Translations under genes and position numbers: made by a program | From: a virus | DNA: 64,000 nucleotides | IMG/VR virus record: IMGVR_UViG_3300032050_013007 | Coordinates: 1-64,000 of that record | Strand: one strand, 5' to 3' | Shown: positions 1 through 10,434 of the stretch, piece by piece | How positions within the stretch are numbered: the stretch's first letter is position 1 | Layout: the number at the start of each line of letters is the position of its first letter | Notes under the pieces: generated by a model | What the model was told of the DNA's origin: nothing | Database searches by the model: none | The model's input: only the letters and a program-made list of their open reading frames with translations

Positions 1-116
1 TCTTCGCATTCCCTATATGTCATTTCATATGCATCTTTTATATCATCAACCCATGTTTCAGTTTCAATTGACTTTAAGTATTTGTTATCTGTTGTTCTTT
101 TTAATATTTTTACCAT
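1..116 (-). CDS. Hypothetical protein, 5' part only (runs off the left edge)
   Basis: ATG at 116, 13 nt after the stop of the upstream gene; frame open to the edge (MVKILKRTTDNKYLKSIETETWVDD...). Confidence 0.6.
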   Translation of the reverse strand, partial: MVKILKRTTDNKYLKSIETETWVDDIKDAYEMTYRECE

Positions 117-128
117 TTTTTTATTTTT

Positions 129-1115
129 TTAATCTGAATAAACTTCAAAAGTTAATGTTCCTGTAGAACAAAATTGATTTGCTTTGTTGGTGTTAATTGT
201 TAAGAGAACACCACTACTACCATCATCCGAATAGGAACCCAAAAATCCCGTTACTTCATTAACATTTAATTGTGTTACCAACTCTGATAAATCATTTACG
301 GTGGTACCATCCCCAATAAAATTCTCAATGTAGGTTCCGTCACATAATAAATCTACACTAACGTTGTTAAAAGGATAAATTGACCCAACAGTTCCATTTA
401 CCACAATAGGAGTTGTGTCAGTATTTTGTTTAATTTTTATTTCTACAGGAGTATAGTAAAGTAAATTACCAACAGTCTCTCCCGTGTTTAAATCCCAAAC
501 AGAAATATAAACAATATCATCTTTTGATGTGAGAGAACTAGTTTGAGCATAAAATTGAACTGATGCGGGAACTGGAACAGGGTAAGTTGTTAATTGGGTT
601 AATACAGATGTTTTATCTCTTTCAAACGTGTTATAAATAGGGCCGGTAATATCATTAAAGGCGAAGTAAATACCCTCAACAGGTCCAAAATTCATATCCC
701 ACGACAAGTCAAAACCAAAATTGTTTTCCATTACATCAACAACTAAATTACCGCTTGATACTAATTCAGAACCATTAATCCAAACCAAAGGAGTGTTACC
801 AGTGGCGACAAATACACAATTTGTTTCATTTGTGTTTCCACTTATAACTTCAGCGATATTACTAAAATCATCACCTGGTTGATAGCTTGTAATAGTATAT
901 TCTTCACCAATTATTAGATAATAATTAAAACTATCTATACTAGTACCTGTTATTTGATTTGTTTGAGTCAATAAGGCTTTGTAATTTAATATATTACCAT
1001 TTGATGTTATTGCCGAAATTGCTCCTTGATATGTTGTCCCACTGTCAACAAATGGGAATGTGCTTGTTGAGGTAGGGATACCTAAAGGTAATTCTGAGAT
1101 TTTTACGTTAGCCAT
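129..1115 (-). CDS. Putative virion/tail-associated protein
   Basis: 328 aa, rich in T/S/G/N; N-terminal NVKISELP motif typical of phage tail-fibre modules; TATTTAT motif upstream. Confidence 0.5.
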   Translation of the reverse strand: MANVKISELPLGIPTSTSTFPFVDSGTTYQGAISAITSNGNILNYKALLTQTNQITGTSIDSFNYYLIIGEEYTITSYQPGDDFSNIAEVISGNTNETNCVFVATGNTPLVWINGSELVSSGNLVVDVMENNFGFDLSWDMNFGPVEGIYFAFNDITGPIYNTFERDKTSVLTQLTTYPVPVPASVQFYAQTSSLTSKDDIVYISVWDLNTGETVGNLLYYTPVEIKIKQNTDTTPIVVNGTVGSIYPFNNVSVDLLCDGTYIENFIGDGTTVNDLSELVTQLNVNEVTGFLGSYSDDGSSGVLLTINTNKANQFCSTGTLTFEVYSD

Positions 1116-1168
1116 TTTTTAATTTTATTTATAAATATTTTTTATATAATATACGTGGGGTTTATTTA

Positions 1169-1777
1169 TTAAATACAAGGATTATTATCCGATATAATAT
1201 AATCCCCTTCTTCTGTTAAAATGTAATTACCAGTTTCATCTGTTAAGTATTCTATACAAGGGTTTGTTGGTGTTGGCGAAGGAGTATAACTTGGCGTTGG
1301 TGTTGGCGAAGGAGTATAACTTGGCGTTGGTGTTGGCGTTGGTGTTGCCTCAGGAGGAGCAATTATACAGCATTGATATTTTCCGACCCAGCATGACTCA
1401 TAATCCAAATCATCGTCAAAATTGGATTCTTTAATTGTAATATAAAGTTTTTCTCGTATGGGTAAAACTAAAGTTCCCGAGTCATTTCTAAAAAGAAATT
1501 GACCTTCATATCTTCCTGGTCGATTAGTGTCACTTTTGCTAAATCTATAATAAAGATAATATTCTGAAGGTGTATTAGGGTCATCAAATTCTTTCTCTAC
1601 GAATCCAGCAAACGCGGAATTAATTTTTAATATACCCGTAGATATATTTTGCATAGAAAAATAGATAGTCGAGGTTTCAATAAATCGCATGAAATCTTCA
1701 TACGACCCTCTACCATCTTTTACAACTTGCATTTTTAATAACGGCAAAGTCGCATTTTTCCTAATAACAAACTCCAT
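1169..1777 (-). CDS. BppU-like baseplate/structural protein with Thr-Pro linker
   Basis: N-terminus FVIRKNATLPLLK...GRYEGQF resembles the BppU N-domain; (TP)n/TPSYTPSP repeats; C-terminal YLTDETGNYILTEEG. Confidence 0.5.
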   Translation of the reverse strand: MEFVIRKNATLPLLKMQVVKDGRGSYEDFMRFIETSTIYFSMQNISTGILKINSAFAGFVEKEFDDPNTPSEYYLYYRFSKSDTNRPGRYEGQFLFRNDSGTLVLPIREKLYITIKESNFDDDLDYESCWVGKYQCCIIAPPEATPTPTPTPSYTPSPTPTPSYTPSPTPTNPCIEYLTDETGNYILTEEGDYIISDNNPCI

Positions 1778-1824
1778 TTGAACAGTTTGTTATATAAATA
1801 GTTTAGGATATAAATTTATCCTAA

Positions 1825-4200
1825 TTAACTTTCTTTTCTTATACCAGACTCGTAATGTTCAAACCTATTATGTTCAGTCGGACTAGCAAGTAATAGACCA
1901 AAATTAAGATTACCCTTTTTAAGCTCTTGGAACATGTAACTCATCCAAGTTTGTTCATATGGATGAGCCCATTTAGTATCCAAAAACATTTTCTTACTAC
2001 CTTCTTTTGAAACCACTTGAGGCCAATTACAATAATAAATCTCTCCTGTCGCATAGGCTAAACCTTCATAAGATTTAATATTTTTATAGTTGACTTTTGG
2101 AGCATTAGGGTCAGTACCGATTTGAGGTAATTTAGAATAATTTGGCCAAAATTCTTCTCTTACTGATTGTGGTACATTATACCAAGACCATTGTGTTGAA
2201 TTGTCCCCAAAAAATTCACTGAAATTAAATTTCAAGTAGTCAAAATTTTCATCACTGGCAATTTTTAGTGTTTTATCATATAATGATTTGATATATCTAG
2301 TGAACCCATTTCTACATGTACTATCCTGTCCTCCATAAAAAAACATATCATCCTCAAAGAAGAAATAATAATTTAATCCCGTCTCTTCAAAATGTTCCGC
2401 AATAAATTGTCTTCCTCCACATATTCCTAAATTTTCTTTTTTAATATGTTCAAAACCATATCTTTCACAAAGTTCTTTATATCTTGGTGTGGTTGATAAG
2501 TCAGTGGAATTATCTAAAAGATATTTTGCTGGTTTATTTATAAAATCCGCATCATATAACAACATAGAATCAATTAGTGTTTCAAATTGTTTTGGACTAT
2601 TAAAACCAATCACATACAATGCTGTCTTTTTTATGTCCTTTATAGGCTCTCCATTAGGACGAGTATGTTTACTTTTAACTTCTAAGGTTTCATTCTTTAA
2701 ACCCTCAAAGAATTTCCCCATTAAACCATTATCGTCAATTTCAAAATAGTTAATTAAACTAGCGTATTTGTATAATATTATGGAAAACACGGATTCTTCG
2801 GTACCCATAAATCCATCATTTAACGTATTGATTAATGTGGAGTAATAAATTGAGTTAATTTCTGATATAGTATTTTTAGGACCACCAAAAAAACCACCTC
2901 TTGCAACTAAATCAACATTTGAATTTGCATAATCATTAATCTTTGGATATGAGAATCCGTGAATTTCACTTGTGGCTTTGTATGGAAAACATACGAATGA
3001 AAATTTATCAAAATATTTTCTTAATTTATTTTGAACTTTGTCGTGAGTAAAATAACCAGGATGTATTGTATTTGTTATACCCGCGTCAATCCAATACATT
3101 TCATCTGAATTAAACTTATCTAAAATTTTCGCATCATGTAATAAAAACATTTTAGACATAACCAAAGGATTATACAACTCTAGTTTGGCTTGAGTCGATT
3201 CAGACAACCATCCTGATTGATTTAACCAATTTGGATTTTTTCTAATTTCTTGTATTTTTTCAAATGGGACCGCAGATTTTAACCATTCGGTACCTCTTCT
3301 AATAAACTGAGTGTTTTTGTCGTCCCTTCTTTCTTTTACAAACTTTTCTAGTGATTCGTCACCATATATAATTAAATTAACATCCGCCTTTAACAATTCA
3401 GAAAATTTTGTTAAATAATGGTCATAACTTCTAGACCAACCATCAGCTAATGAATCTCTTTTTATATCCCAAAGACCAGTGACTAAAGTAACCACAGATT
3501 TAATTGATTCATCATCACTTGAATCTGCGCTTTTAACAACATCATCATCAGTTTTTACAACTAATTCGGGAGCGACTTTCATCTTACAAACCCAAACTAT
3601 TGATTGAAAAATATCATTTCTATAATCAACTAAATTATTTCTCTTACAAGGTTCTAATATATCATTTTCAGTTAGTTCACACCAATTCCAAATTTTACCA
3701 TTTATATTTTGTTCAAAATATTCTTGATTGATTGAGTAATCATGACCTAAAATAAAATCATTTTCTTTTATATAATTTGATAACAAATTGAATTCACCTT
3801 TTTTATCACCGCCATCACATAAGACAACGGTCGTACCATCTGATTGAATAAAATCTATAATATATTGGGACACAGAATCATAACTTTGGGAGAAAACATT
3901 TTCAATTCTAATGTCAATCCCATTATTTTTCATTTCTTCATACCAAGGATATTCGTTGATATCCAATGTTAGAATTTCACAATCAATGCCTAAATCTTTA
4001 CATGATTGATTTAAGAATGATGTAAACCCACCTATAGAAGTTCCAATTTCTAAAATTCTTTTTGGTCTTATTTCTTTGAGAAAATAGAAAAAAACCTCGA
4101 ACGCTTTATAGTTTTGTTGGGCACCCCAGTTACCATATGATGATACACTATCCCCACTTTCTAAATCACTTTTTTTTGTTATTTTGTCTATGTAAATCAT
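1825..4200 (-). CDS. Multidomain protein: SAM methyltransferase + HtrL/YibB-like glycosyltransferase + GT-A-like domain
   Basis: ILEIGTSIGG SAM motif and VLCDGG/HDY; TLVTGLWDIKR...YWIDAG...GGFFGG (HtrL-like); C-terminal FFEDD. Confidence 0.65.
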   Translation of the reverse strand: MIYIDKITKKSDLESGDSVSSYGNWGAQQNYKAFEVFFYFLKEIRPKRILEIGTSIGGFTSFLNQSCKDLGIDCEILTLDINEYPWYEEMKNNGIDIRIENVFSQSYDSVSQYIIDFIQSDGTTVVLCDGGDKKGEFNLLSNYIKENDFILGHDYSINQEYFEQNINGKIWNWCELTENDILEPCKRNNLVDYRNDIFQSIVWVCKMKVAPELVVKTDDDVVKSADSSDDESIKSVVTLVTGLWDIKRDSLADGWSRSYDHYLTKFSELLKADVNLIIYGDESLEKFVKERRDDKNTQFIRRGTEWLKSAVPFEKIQEIRKNPNWLNQSGWLSESTQAKLELYNPLVMSKMFLLHDAKILDKFNSDEMYWIDAGITNTIHPGYFTHDKVQNKLRKYFDKFSFVCFPYKATSEIHGFSYPKINDYANSNVDLVARGGFFGGPKNTISEINSIYYSTLINTLNDGFMGTEESVFSIILYKYASLINYFEIDDNGLMGKFFEGLKNETLEVKSKHTRPNGEPIKDIKKTALYVIGFNSPKQFETLIDSMLLYDADFINKPAKYLLDNSTDLSTTPRYKELCERYGFEHIKKENLGICGGRQFIAEHFEETGLNYYFFFEDDMFFYGGQDSTCRNGFTRYIKSLYDKTLKIASDENFDYLKFNFSEFFGDNSTQWSWYNVPQSVREEFWPNYSKLPQIGTDPNAPKVNYKNIKSYEGLAYATGEIYYCNWPQVVSKEGSKKMFLDTKWAHPYEQTWMSYMFQELKKGNLNFGLLLASPTEHNRFEHYESGIRKES

Positions 4201-4224
4201 AATTAGATAAAATTAATTAAATGT

Positions 4225-5172
4225 TTAAATGCTATTTTTTGAATAATTTATTAAATCATTCCACGCGGTGTAGAATGGTTTTGGTTCACCCCAAGATTCT
4301 TCCCAATCCTCAAAATGAAATTTATCATGTTCACAACAATAAAAGGATGTGAATGTGAATAATTTAACCTCACTTTTGTCCATCATGTCCAAAATAGGTT
4401 TCATAATCGACTCTTCTGTACATAATATTTTTGAATCCAATACTTTTTTAGCAAACTCCCAAAATAAATTAACATATTTTTTTAACTGTATAACATCACC
4501 ACCAATCAATGCACCAACGGGATATGGAGTTTCAAATGGTGTGTTAGTTAAACCTAACGAATAAAATGGATAACTTATTTGTGGCCCATACGAAGTTATC
4601 AACGTAATTTTACCATTAATCGCATTTGATAAATTTGTTAAGGTTTCAGTGTTAAAAAAATGTTTATAATTATAAACATCTAAATTAGCCCACCAACTAC
4701 CTAAAGCTCTGGAATCTTTGTGGTCCTCAACCTTGTTAAACACTTTAGAGTATCTCCAAGTAAAAATACCAGGATGTTGTAGTCCCACATCCAACCAAAA
4801 TAATTTATCACAACTATCTAATTCTCTTTCTATCACATCAAATTTGCCCCACATAATTTCTGCCCCCCTACCATCTAAATCTCTTTGGTATCGGTCAACA
4901 TCACTATTAACAATTTCTTGTATTTCTTTGTGATATTTTACATCAGATAATTCAAGTAATTTAATCTCTAAATTATCTAAATTATATTTTTCTTTTATAT
5001 TCTGTAGTTCGGGTAAGCTTTTGTTGTGTGTATAACAGATTATTGGTAAGTTAATATTTTGACAATATGCAATTAATGAGCCTAAATATCTTTCTTTTCT
5101 TCCTGAATTTGAACCTAAAAATGGTAGTCCGTTAGCGTCCATCCAGTAGGCTGTAACTATTTTTGTTTTCAT
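4225..5172 (-). CDS. HtrL/YibB-like putative glycosyltransferase
   Basis: KIVTAYW...FWLDVG...GALIGG...TEESI parallels the HtrL-like domain of the neighbouring gene. Confidence 0.55.
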   Translation of the reverse strand: MKTKIVTAYWMDANGLPFLGSNSGRKERYLGSLIAYCQNINLPIICYTHNKSLPELQNIKEKYNLDNLEIKLLELSDVKYHKEIQEIVNSDVDRYQRDLDGRGAEIMWGKFDVIERELDSCDKLFWLDVGLQHPGIFTWRYSKVFNKVEDHKDSRALGSWWANLDVYNYKHFFNTETLTNLSNAINGKITLITSYGPQISYPFYSLGLTNTPFETPYPVGALIGGDVIQLKKYVNLFWEFAKKVLDSKILCTEESIMKPILDMMDKSEVKLFTFTSFYCCEHDKFHFEDWEESWGEPKPFYTAWNDLINYSKNSI

Positions 5173-5175
5173 TGT

Positions 5176-5895
5176 TTAAATAATACCTCGTTTATGTTTA
5201 TCAATGTTATATTTGTTTAATAAATTTTCTAATATATTACCATACTGACTTAAATTCCATTTACCCCCGACTAAAGCCGTTGCGGTATATGGGTATATTT
5301 TAGAATTAAAATGACCTCCAATTTTTTCAGATTTTAAATTAGTACAAAGACCTATTCCGCTTAAATTCGCAAGATATATTGAATTTTTAGGTTCATCAGT
5401 TATGTATTTAGTCTTTGAGGATTTAAACATTTCAACAAGTGAGTTTTTTTTCCATATTGTTATTTGTGTACTAAAAAAATATTCAGAATTTTTATCTAAT
5501 ATTATAAAACTATCGTTATAATTTTTTTCTTCACCTAACAAACCCGAACAAATTAATCTAATGAAATTAACATCTTTATCATTATCCAAAACATTGATAC
5601 ATTCATTTAATAAATTAAAATCAACATAATCGTATAAAATATAATCTTCTTGGGAGTAAATTAAATATTCGGTTTCAATTTTAGATAACCCTAATAACAT
5701 TTGTTCATAGTAGTTAGTTTTATCATCGTAAATTATTTGATTTACTTTTTCTTTTTTAAATGACTCATTGGTAAGTACGTAATGATTGACCCCGACAAAA
5801 AATTTTTTTATTGAATCAAAATATATGTCATGAATATCAAAACAATTAGAGTGAGTATACGTCAACAAACTAATTTTTCCAAAATTAAGACTCAT
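5176..5895 (-). CDS. Putative GT-A fold glycosyltransferase
   Basis: YLIYSQEDY (DxD-like) and QITIWKK motifs; cluster context. Confidence 0.5.
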   Translation of the reverse strand: MSLNFGKISLLTYTHSNCFDIHDIYFDSIKKFFVGVNHYVLTNESFKKEKVNQIIYDDKTNYYEQMLLGLSKIETEYLIYSQEDYILYDYVDFNLLNECINVLDNDKDVNFIRLICSGLLGEEKNYNDSFIILDKNSEYFFSTQITIWKKNSLVEMFKSSKTKYITDEPKNSIYLANLSGIGLCTNLKSEKIGGHFNSKIYPYTATALVGGKWNLSQYGNILENLLNKYNIDKHKRGII

Positions 5896-6760
5896 GATTA
5901 AATAATTCTGAATAATCTTTTTTATGTGTATTGTTTAATACACCGTAAGTTACAAAATTTGAAAGAAACGGGCTTATGGATAATATTTTTTCTGAGTACT
6001 TTATCATAACCATTTCCGCCAAAATCTCCTGTGAATGTCTTATAAAAATATCTTCAGAGAATTTTGGTTTTGTGTATATGTCATAACATGGATATAATTC
6101 CAACTCATTATAAGTAAAATTAAACGTGATAACATTTGAATGTTTATTCTTTAGTAAATCTCTAATTAATTTTCCATTTGAGCAAACCAAAATATTTTTG
6201 TCTTTATGTTCGTTAATAAAATTTTCAAATCTACCTATTCTACCGTTAACATATTCTTCGGAATTTCCAAGACCGTCCATTGCTCTATAATGTAGTGTAA
6301 CTATATTACTAAAGTTCCCTATAAAACTATCCGCAATATTTTTTACATCTAAACTAATAATATCCATATTACATGTTGGTCTTTTTGATAACTTATTAAT
6401 CTCAGTGTGACCAAAAATATAACTTTGGTATTCATATAGTTCCGGAATAATCGAATCTACGTATATTGAATAAGAATTTTGGTCTTGTTTTAATTTATTT
6501 AATTTTAAATTTTGGATTACAGGATTACCTTCATTATCTAAAGGAATATTATAAATAACTTTATTTTTAAACCCACTAAAATCAAACAAACAATCAAGTT
6601 CTAAATGTTCGGGTAAATAATTATTTCTAGTCGTGTTTATAATTAAAAAGGTATTGTACCCAAAATTCTCAAGTTCTATTGACGATTGTAAGGCCGACAT
6701 AATAGTCGTATAAGTGTCACCTAAACCTGAAACAAAATTAATATATAAGTAAGCGTTCAT
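5885..6760 (-). CDS. Putative fucosyltransferase-like (GT11/GT23/NodZ-type) protein
   Basis: SGLGD N-terminal motif, LHYRAMD, LVCSN, SNF motifs of GDP-fucose-utilising GT-B enzymes. Confidence 0.55.
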   Translation of the reverse strand: MNAYLYINFVSGLGDTYTTIMSALQSSIELENFGYNTFLIINTTRNNYLPEHLELDCLFDFSGFKNKVIYNIPLDNEGNPVIQNLKLNKLKQDQNSYSIYVDSIIPELYEYQSYIFGHTEINKLSKRPTCNMDIISLDVKNIADSFIGNFSNIVTLHYRAMDGLGNSEEYVNGRIGRFENFINEHKDKNILVCSNGKLIRDLLKNKHSNVITFNFTYNELELYPCYDIYTKPKFSEDIFIRHSQEILAEMVMIKYSEKILSISPFLSNFVTYGVLNNTHKKDYSELFNHES

Positions 6761-6763
6761 TTT

Positions 6764-7462
6764 TTAAAAATCCCCCCATTTACAAACTAATTGACTATAA
6801 GGACCACCAAACATATAATATCTTTGAAAACTTTTTGCATTTGTCCAAAAATTAATTGTTGAGCCAATATCAATATAAGTGTTATTTTTATTATTTTCCC
6901 ATAATTGATGAGATAACATATTACCAAACGGACCACAGGAAAATAAAAATAGTTTATTTTTTAAATTTTTACTTTTTATTTTTTCAATTAAATCGTAGTT
7001 TTTTTTCCAAGCCGAATCATTTACCGGATAAAACTCTTCGACTTTGAATGGTAGGTTATCTATATTTGATGTTTCATGAGCCACTAAATGTACATCCCAT
7101 TCATTAAATTCAGGTATGAAGTATTCCTTGAAAAATTTATAATTACTATTAACAAATAAATTTGCAAAAGTAATGTTCTCATTTTTTTGATTTGAAAACT
7201 CGTACATTCTATAATGTTCGTCTCCTTGGCAACAGGGGCAACTAATTCCAACATAATAATTGTCATCTTTAAAAGTAAAAGACTCAATCAATTTTTGCCT
7301 ATAAAATTCGTCCTCATTTGGCAAATATTCAAACTCACTATTATTTATTTGCCTCCCCTTAATCATCTCCCATTCCCCATCGGCGAACTTACTAAAAGAA
7401 AAAAAATCTTTATTTTTTAACTTACTATAAATTTTTTTTATTTCTTCTTCAAAATATTTCAT
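6764..7462 (-). CDS. GT-D fold (DUF1792-like) glycosyltransferase
   Basis: SFSKFADGE, FSCGPFG and YIDIGS motifs. Confidence 0.6.
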   Translation of the reverse strand: MKYFEEEIKKIYSKLKNKDFFSFSKFADGEWEMIKGRQINNSEFEYLPNEDEFYRQKLIESFTFKDDNYYVGISCPCCQGDEHYRMYEFSNQKNENITFANLFVNSNYKFFKEYFIPEFNEWDVHLVAHETSNIDNLPFKVEEFYPVNDSAWKKNYDLIEKIKSKNLKNKLFLFSCGPFGNMLSHQLWENNKNNTYIDIGSTINFWTNAKSFQRYYMFGGPYSQLVCKWGDF

Positions 7463-8066
7463 ACTCAGGATTAAACAATTTTATAGTGTGTTTTGACGTT
7501 CCGCTGTTTTCAACAACTTCAAAAAAATTAATATTTTTCACTTCATTATAAAATGACTCATGAACATAAACATCATCCTGTCCGTGTAAATTACCGAGAA
7601 AAATATAATTTTTTGATTTTAAATAATCTCTGGTTATTTTTTTTCTATCTTCACCACCTTCCCTACCTTCATCAATTTCAAAACATATGAAATTAAATTT
7701 ATAATCATCAAATGGTATTTTATACAAACATTCAAAAGTTATTTGTGGTGGTTCCAAATCCATAGTAAGAAAATCAACAGTGCCATTGATTGATAATTTA
7801 CTTAATATATCATTATAATTTAAAGTTAAAGCGTCCGATAGAATTCGTTCAGTCTTTCTACAATCCTCCCACTTAGTACCGTCATCCTCGATATAATTTT
7901 CTAAATCAATAGAAATACCATTCCAATTAAGATTATTTTCCAATAGATACGTATTATTTATTTTTTTGGGGTATCCGCAACCTATATCTAAAAAAGTACC
8001 ATTTAATTTGTGATTAAAATACGTACTAACAATTATGTCTTGACCTATTTGTGAAAATTTTTCCAT
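7449..8066 (-). CDS. FkbM-like SAM methyltransferase
   Basis: SQIGQD...FLDIGC...NNTYLLE...WNGISID...VDFLTMDLE. Confidence 0.7.
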   Translation of the reverse strand: MEKFSQIGQDIIVSTYFNHKLNGTFLDIGCGYPKKINNTYLLENNLNWNGISIDLENYIEDDGTKWEDCRKTERILSDALTLNYNDILSKLSINGTVDFLTMDLEPPQITFECLYKIPFDDYKFNFICFEIDEGREGGEDRKKITRDYLKSKNYIFLGNLHGQDDVYVHESFYNEVKNINFFEVVENSGTSKHTIKLFNPEYEIF

Positions 8067-9067
8067 TATAAATATTTTTTTATAACATTAATAATTTTAT
8101 CCGAACTATATCCGTCTCCGTATGGTGAAATATAATTTATTTTACAATTTTTTATATGGTAATTGAATTCTTTTGTCAAATCTTTTGGTGTTGGTATTAA
8201 AAAAGAACTAAAATTTAAACTCTCTTGTCTTTCAGTTGTTTTTCTACAGACCAAACATTTTTTATTTAAAAATGAACATTCTTCTTGTAATCCTCCGCTA
8301 TCAGTAATTACCAAACTCGCCTCAAGTAATAATTTAATCATTTCCGAATGTTCCATTGGCTCAACAACTATAACCTTGTTAAAAATTTTTTTATGTTTTA
8401 TAACATTAGGATTTGGGTGTATCGGTAATATAAATTCATAATTCGGATATAGATTTGCCAAATTTTCTATTTCATAGAACCACTCGTCAATTATTTCATG
8501 ATTTTCTCTTCTATGTAAAGTTATTAATATTTTTTTATTGTATACAGACTCGCTTTTTAAATTAACTAAATTATCTAATGCGGTGTTACCGACGACAAAA
8601 ACATTCTCACTTATGTTTTCTTTAATCAAATTATTTTCATTTTCTTTTGTGGGACATAAATGAATATCAGCAATTTGAGATATTAATTTTCTATTGTACT
8701 CTTCAGGATATGGATTTTTTATATCGTATGACCTAAGTCCCGCTTCCAAATGAATTACTTTTATACCCCTATGCATACAAGATAAGGAAATCCCAAGAGC
8801 TGAGGTTGTATCTCCTTGTACGATTGCCATTTTTACGTTATTGAACACCTCCTCATCAATTGACAAACATGAGTTAAGAATATTGTCTAACCTATTTTCT
8901 GTGATTTTTTTAACTGTTAGTTTAAAATCCCAGTTATTATTATTTATTAGGTTTTCATGTTGTCCTGTAAAAAGTATTCTGTAAAGTATATTTTTTTCAG
9001 ATAATTTTTTTATTATCGGCTCTATTTTAATATACTCGGGTCTAGTTCCGTATGAGAGCAAAATCAT
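8066..9067 (-). CDS. wecB: UDP-N-acetylglucosamine 2-epimerase (non-hydrolysing)
   Basis: GTRPEYIK, TGQH, QGDTTS, HLEAGLRS, PEEYNR, TLHRREN, TDSGGLQEE, PYGDG. Confidence 0.92.
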   Translation of the reverse strand: MILLSYGTRPEYIKIEPIIKKLSEKNILYRILFTGQHENLINNNNWDFKLTVKKITENRLDNILNSCLSIDEEVFNNVKMAIVQGDTTSALGISLSCMHRGIKVIHLEAGLRSYDIKNPYPEEYNRKLISQIADIHLCPTKENENNLIKENISENVFVVGNTALDNLVNLKSESVYNKKILITLHRRENHEIIDEWFYEIENLANLYPNYEFILPIHPNPNVIKHKKIFNKVIVVEPMEHSEMIKLLLEASLVITDSGGLQEECSFLNKKCLVCRKTTERQESLNFSSFLIPTPKDLTKEFNYHIKNCKINYISPYGDGYSSDKIINVIKKYL

Positions 9068-10431
9068 TTTAATTTGTATAGTAAAATTTGATGAGCATTG
9101 TCAAAAAATTCTTCTTTACCATTAATAAGCGAATGAGTTTTTTTTATATATTCACATAGTGAGTAAAACTTGTCCGAACCCATTTGATTATGTAATTCCA
9201 TACCGATGTATTTTATTCTACTTAAATCTTTACCGTATAAAAATTCGTATTCTGAATTCTCACAATCAATTTTCATGTAGTCAATAACGCCTTCAATTTT
9301 TTCGTATAAACTTTCTAAAGAAATAGAAGTTACAAAATTTACTATCTCATCCGTCCAATCTTGATTAATACTACCTCCCTTTACCCCAACTGACCCTGAA
9401 TCTTTATTAGAATGATTAACTAAGGTCAATTCTTCATCATCTTTATTCCAAACCGCGTAATTAAAACCAACTATATGGTCATAATCTTTAAATTTATTGG
9501 CAACATTTTCATACAAACTTTTTTGTGGTTCTATGAAATATATTTTACTAAAATATTCTTTATAAACTTCAGTAAACGAGCCGCAATTAGCTCCGATATC
9601 GACACAGACCCCTCCTTTAACATCTTCCGGAACTGTATATTGATGTATAAAATTAATGTGTTGATTGTTTACAAAAGATTGCGGATATGTTAAAATCGGT
9701 TTTACGTAATTTCCTGACCTTAAAATTTTCCATCCTGATAAAATTAATTTACTGTAAAAATGTTGCATTTCTCCAATACTTAATTCAGAACTCGCCTTTA
9801 TTGTCCCATATTGCCAACCTTTCAGGCTACCCCATAATTCTCTCTGATTTATTGGATGAGGGGGTACATAAGTATTAATATCTAAATATTTTTTTAAGGT
9901 ATAAGAAAAAAACATGTCTTCTCCCACTCTATGAAAATTATGTCCTTGTGGTGGTAGTTCTCTAAACATTACCCATAACCATTCTCGTTTAAAAAACCAA
10001 GCGTGTCCTACAATATCAACTTGTACTGTTTCTGTATTAGGATTATCCCATCCATATACATCATGATAATGATAAGAAGTATCATCTCTATACACCAACC
10101 CTTTAGTACCTAATAAACCTTCGTGAGTTTTCATTGTCTCAACACAATTCTCTAACCATTTTACTCCAGGTATGGTATCATCATCAAATATACAAATATA
10201 TTCTGTATTAGCATTTAAAGCAAATGCAAATCTAGCCCAAACACCAAAATTTTTATTACTCGTTACTGTTGTAATTTTATCTGTTAAATTTTTATCAAAA
10301 CCCTCACTATTGTTTAACCATAACAATATTTCTTTAGGTTTTATTGTTTGATTGTTTATGGCATCTATTTGCTCTGATAAATTTTCGGGTCTATTAAAAC
10401 CATTTAATATTACTGTAACTTCTCCTTTCAT
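9064..10431 (-). CDS. GT2-like glycosyltransferase fused to FkbM methyltransferase
   Basis: ICIFDDD and GED in the N-half; VDIGANCG...IEP...MKIDCENSE in the C-half. Confidence 0.75.
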   Translation of the reverse strand: MKGEVTVILNGFNRPENLSEQIDAINNQTIKPKEILLWLNNSEGFDKNLTDKITTVTSNKNFGVWARFAFALNANTEYICIFDDDTIPGVKWLENCVETMKTHEGLLGTKGLVYRDDTSYHYHDVYGWDNPNTETVQVDIVGHAWFFKREWLWVMFRELPPQGHNFHRVGEDMFFSYTLKKYLDINTYVPPHPINQRELWGSLKGWQYGTIKASSELSIGEMQHFYSKLILSGWKILRSGNYVKPILTYPQSFVNNQHINFIHQYTVPEDVKGGVCVDIGANCGSFTEVYKEYFSKIYFIEPQKSLYENVANKFKDYDHIVGFNYAVWNKDDEELTLVNHSNKDSGSVGVKGGSINQDWTDEIVNFVTSISLESLYEKIEGVIDYMKIDCENSEYEFLYGKDLSRIKYIGMELHNQMGSDKFYSLCEYIKKTHSLINGKEEFFDNAHQILLYKLK

Positions 10432-10434
10432 TTT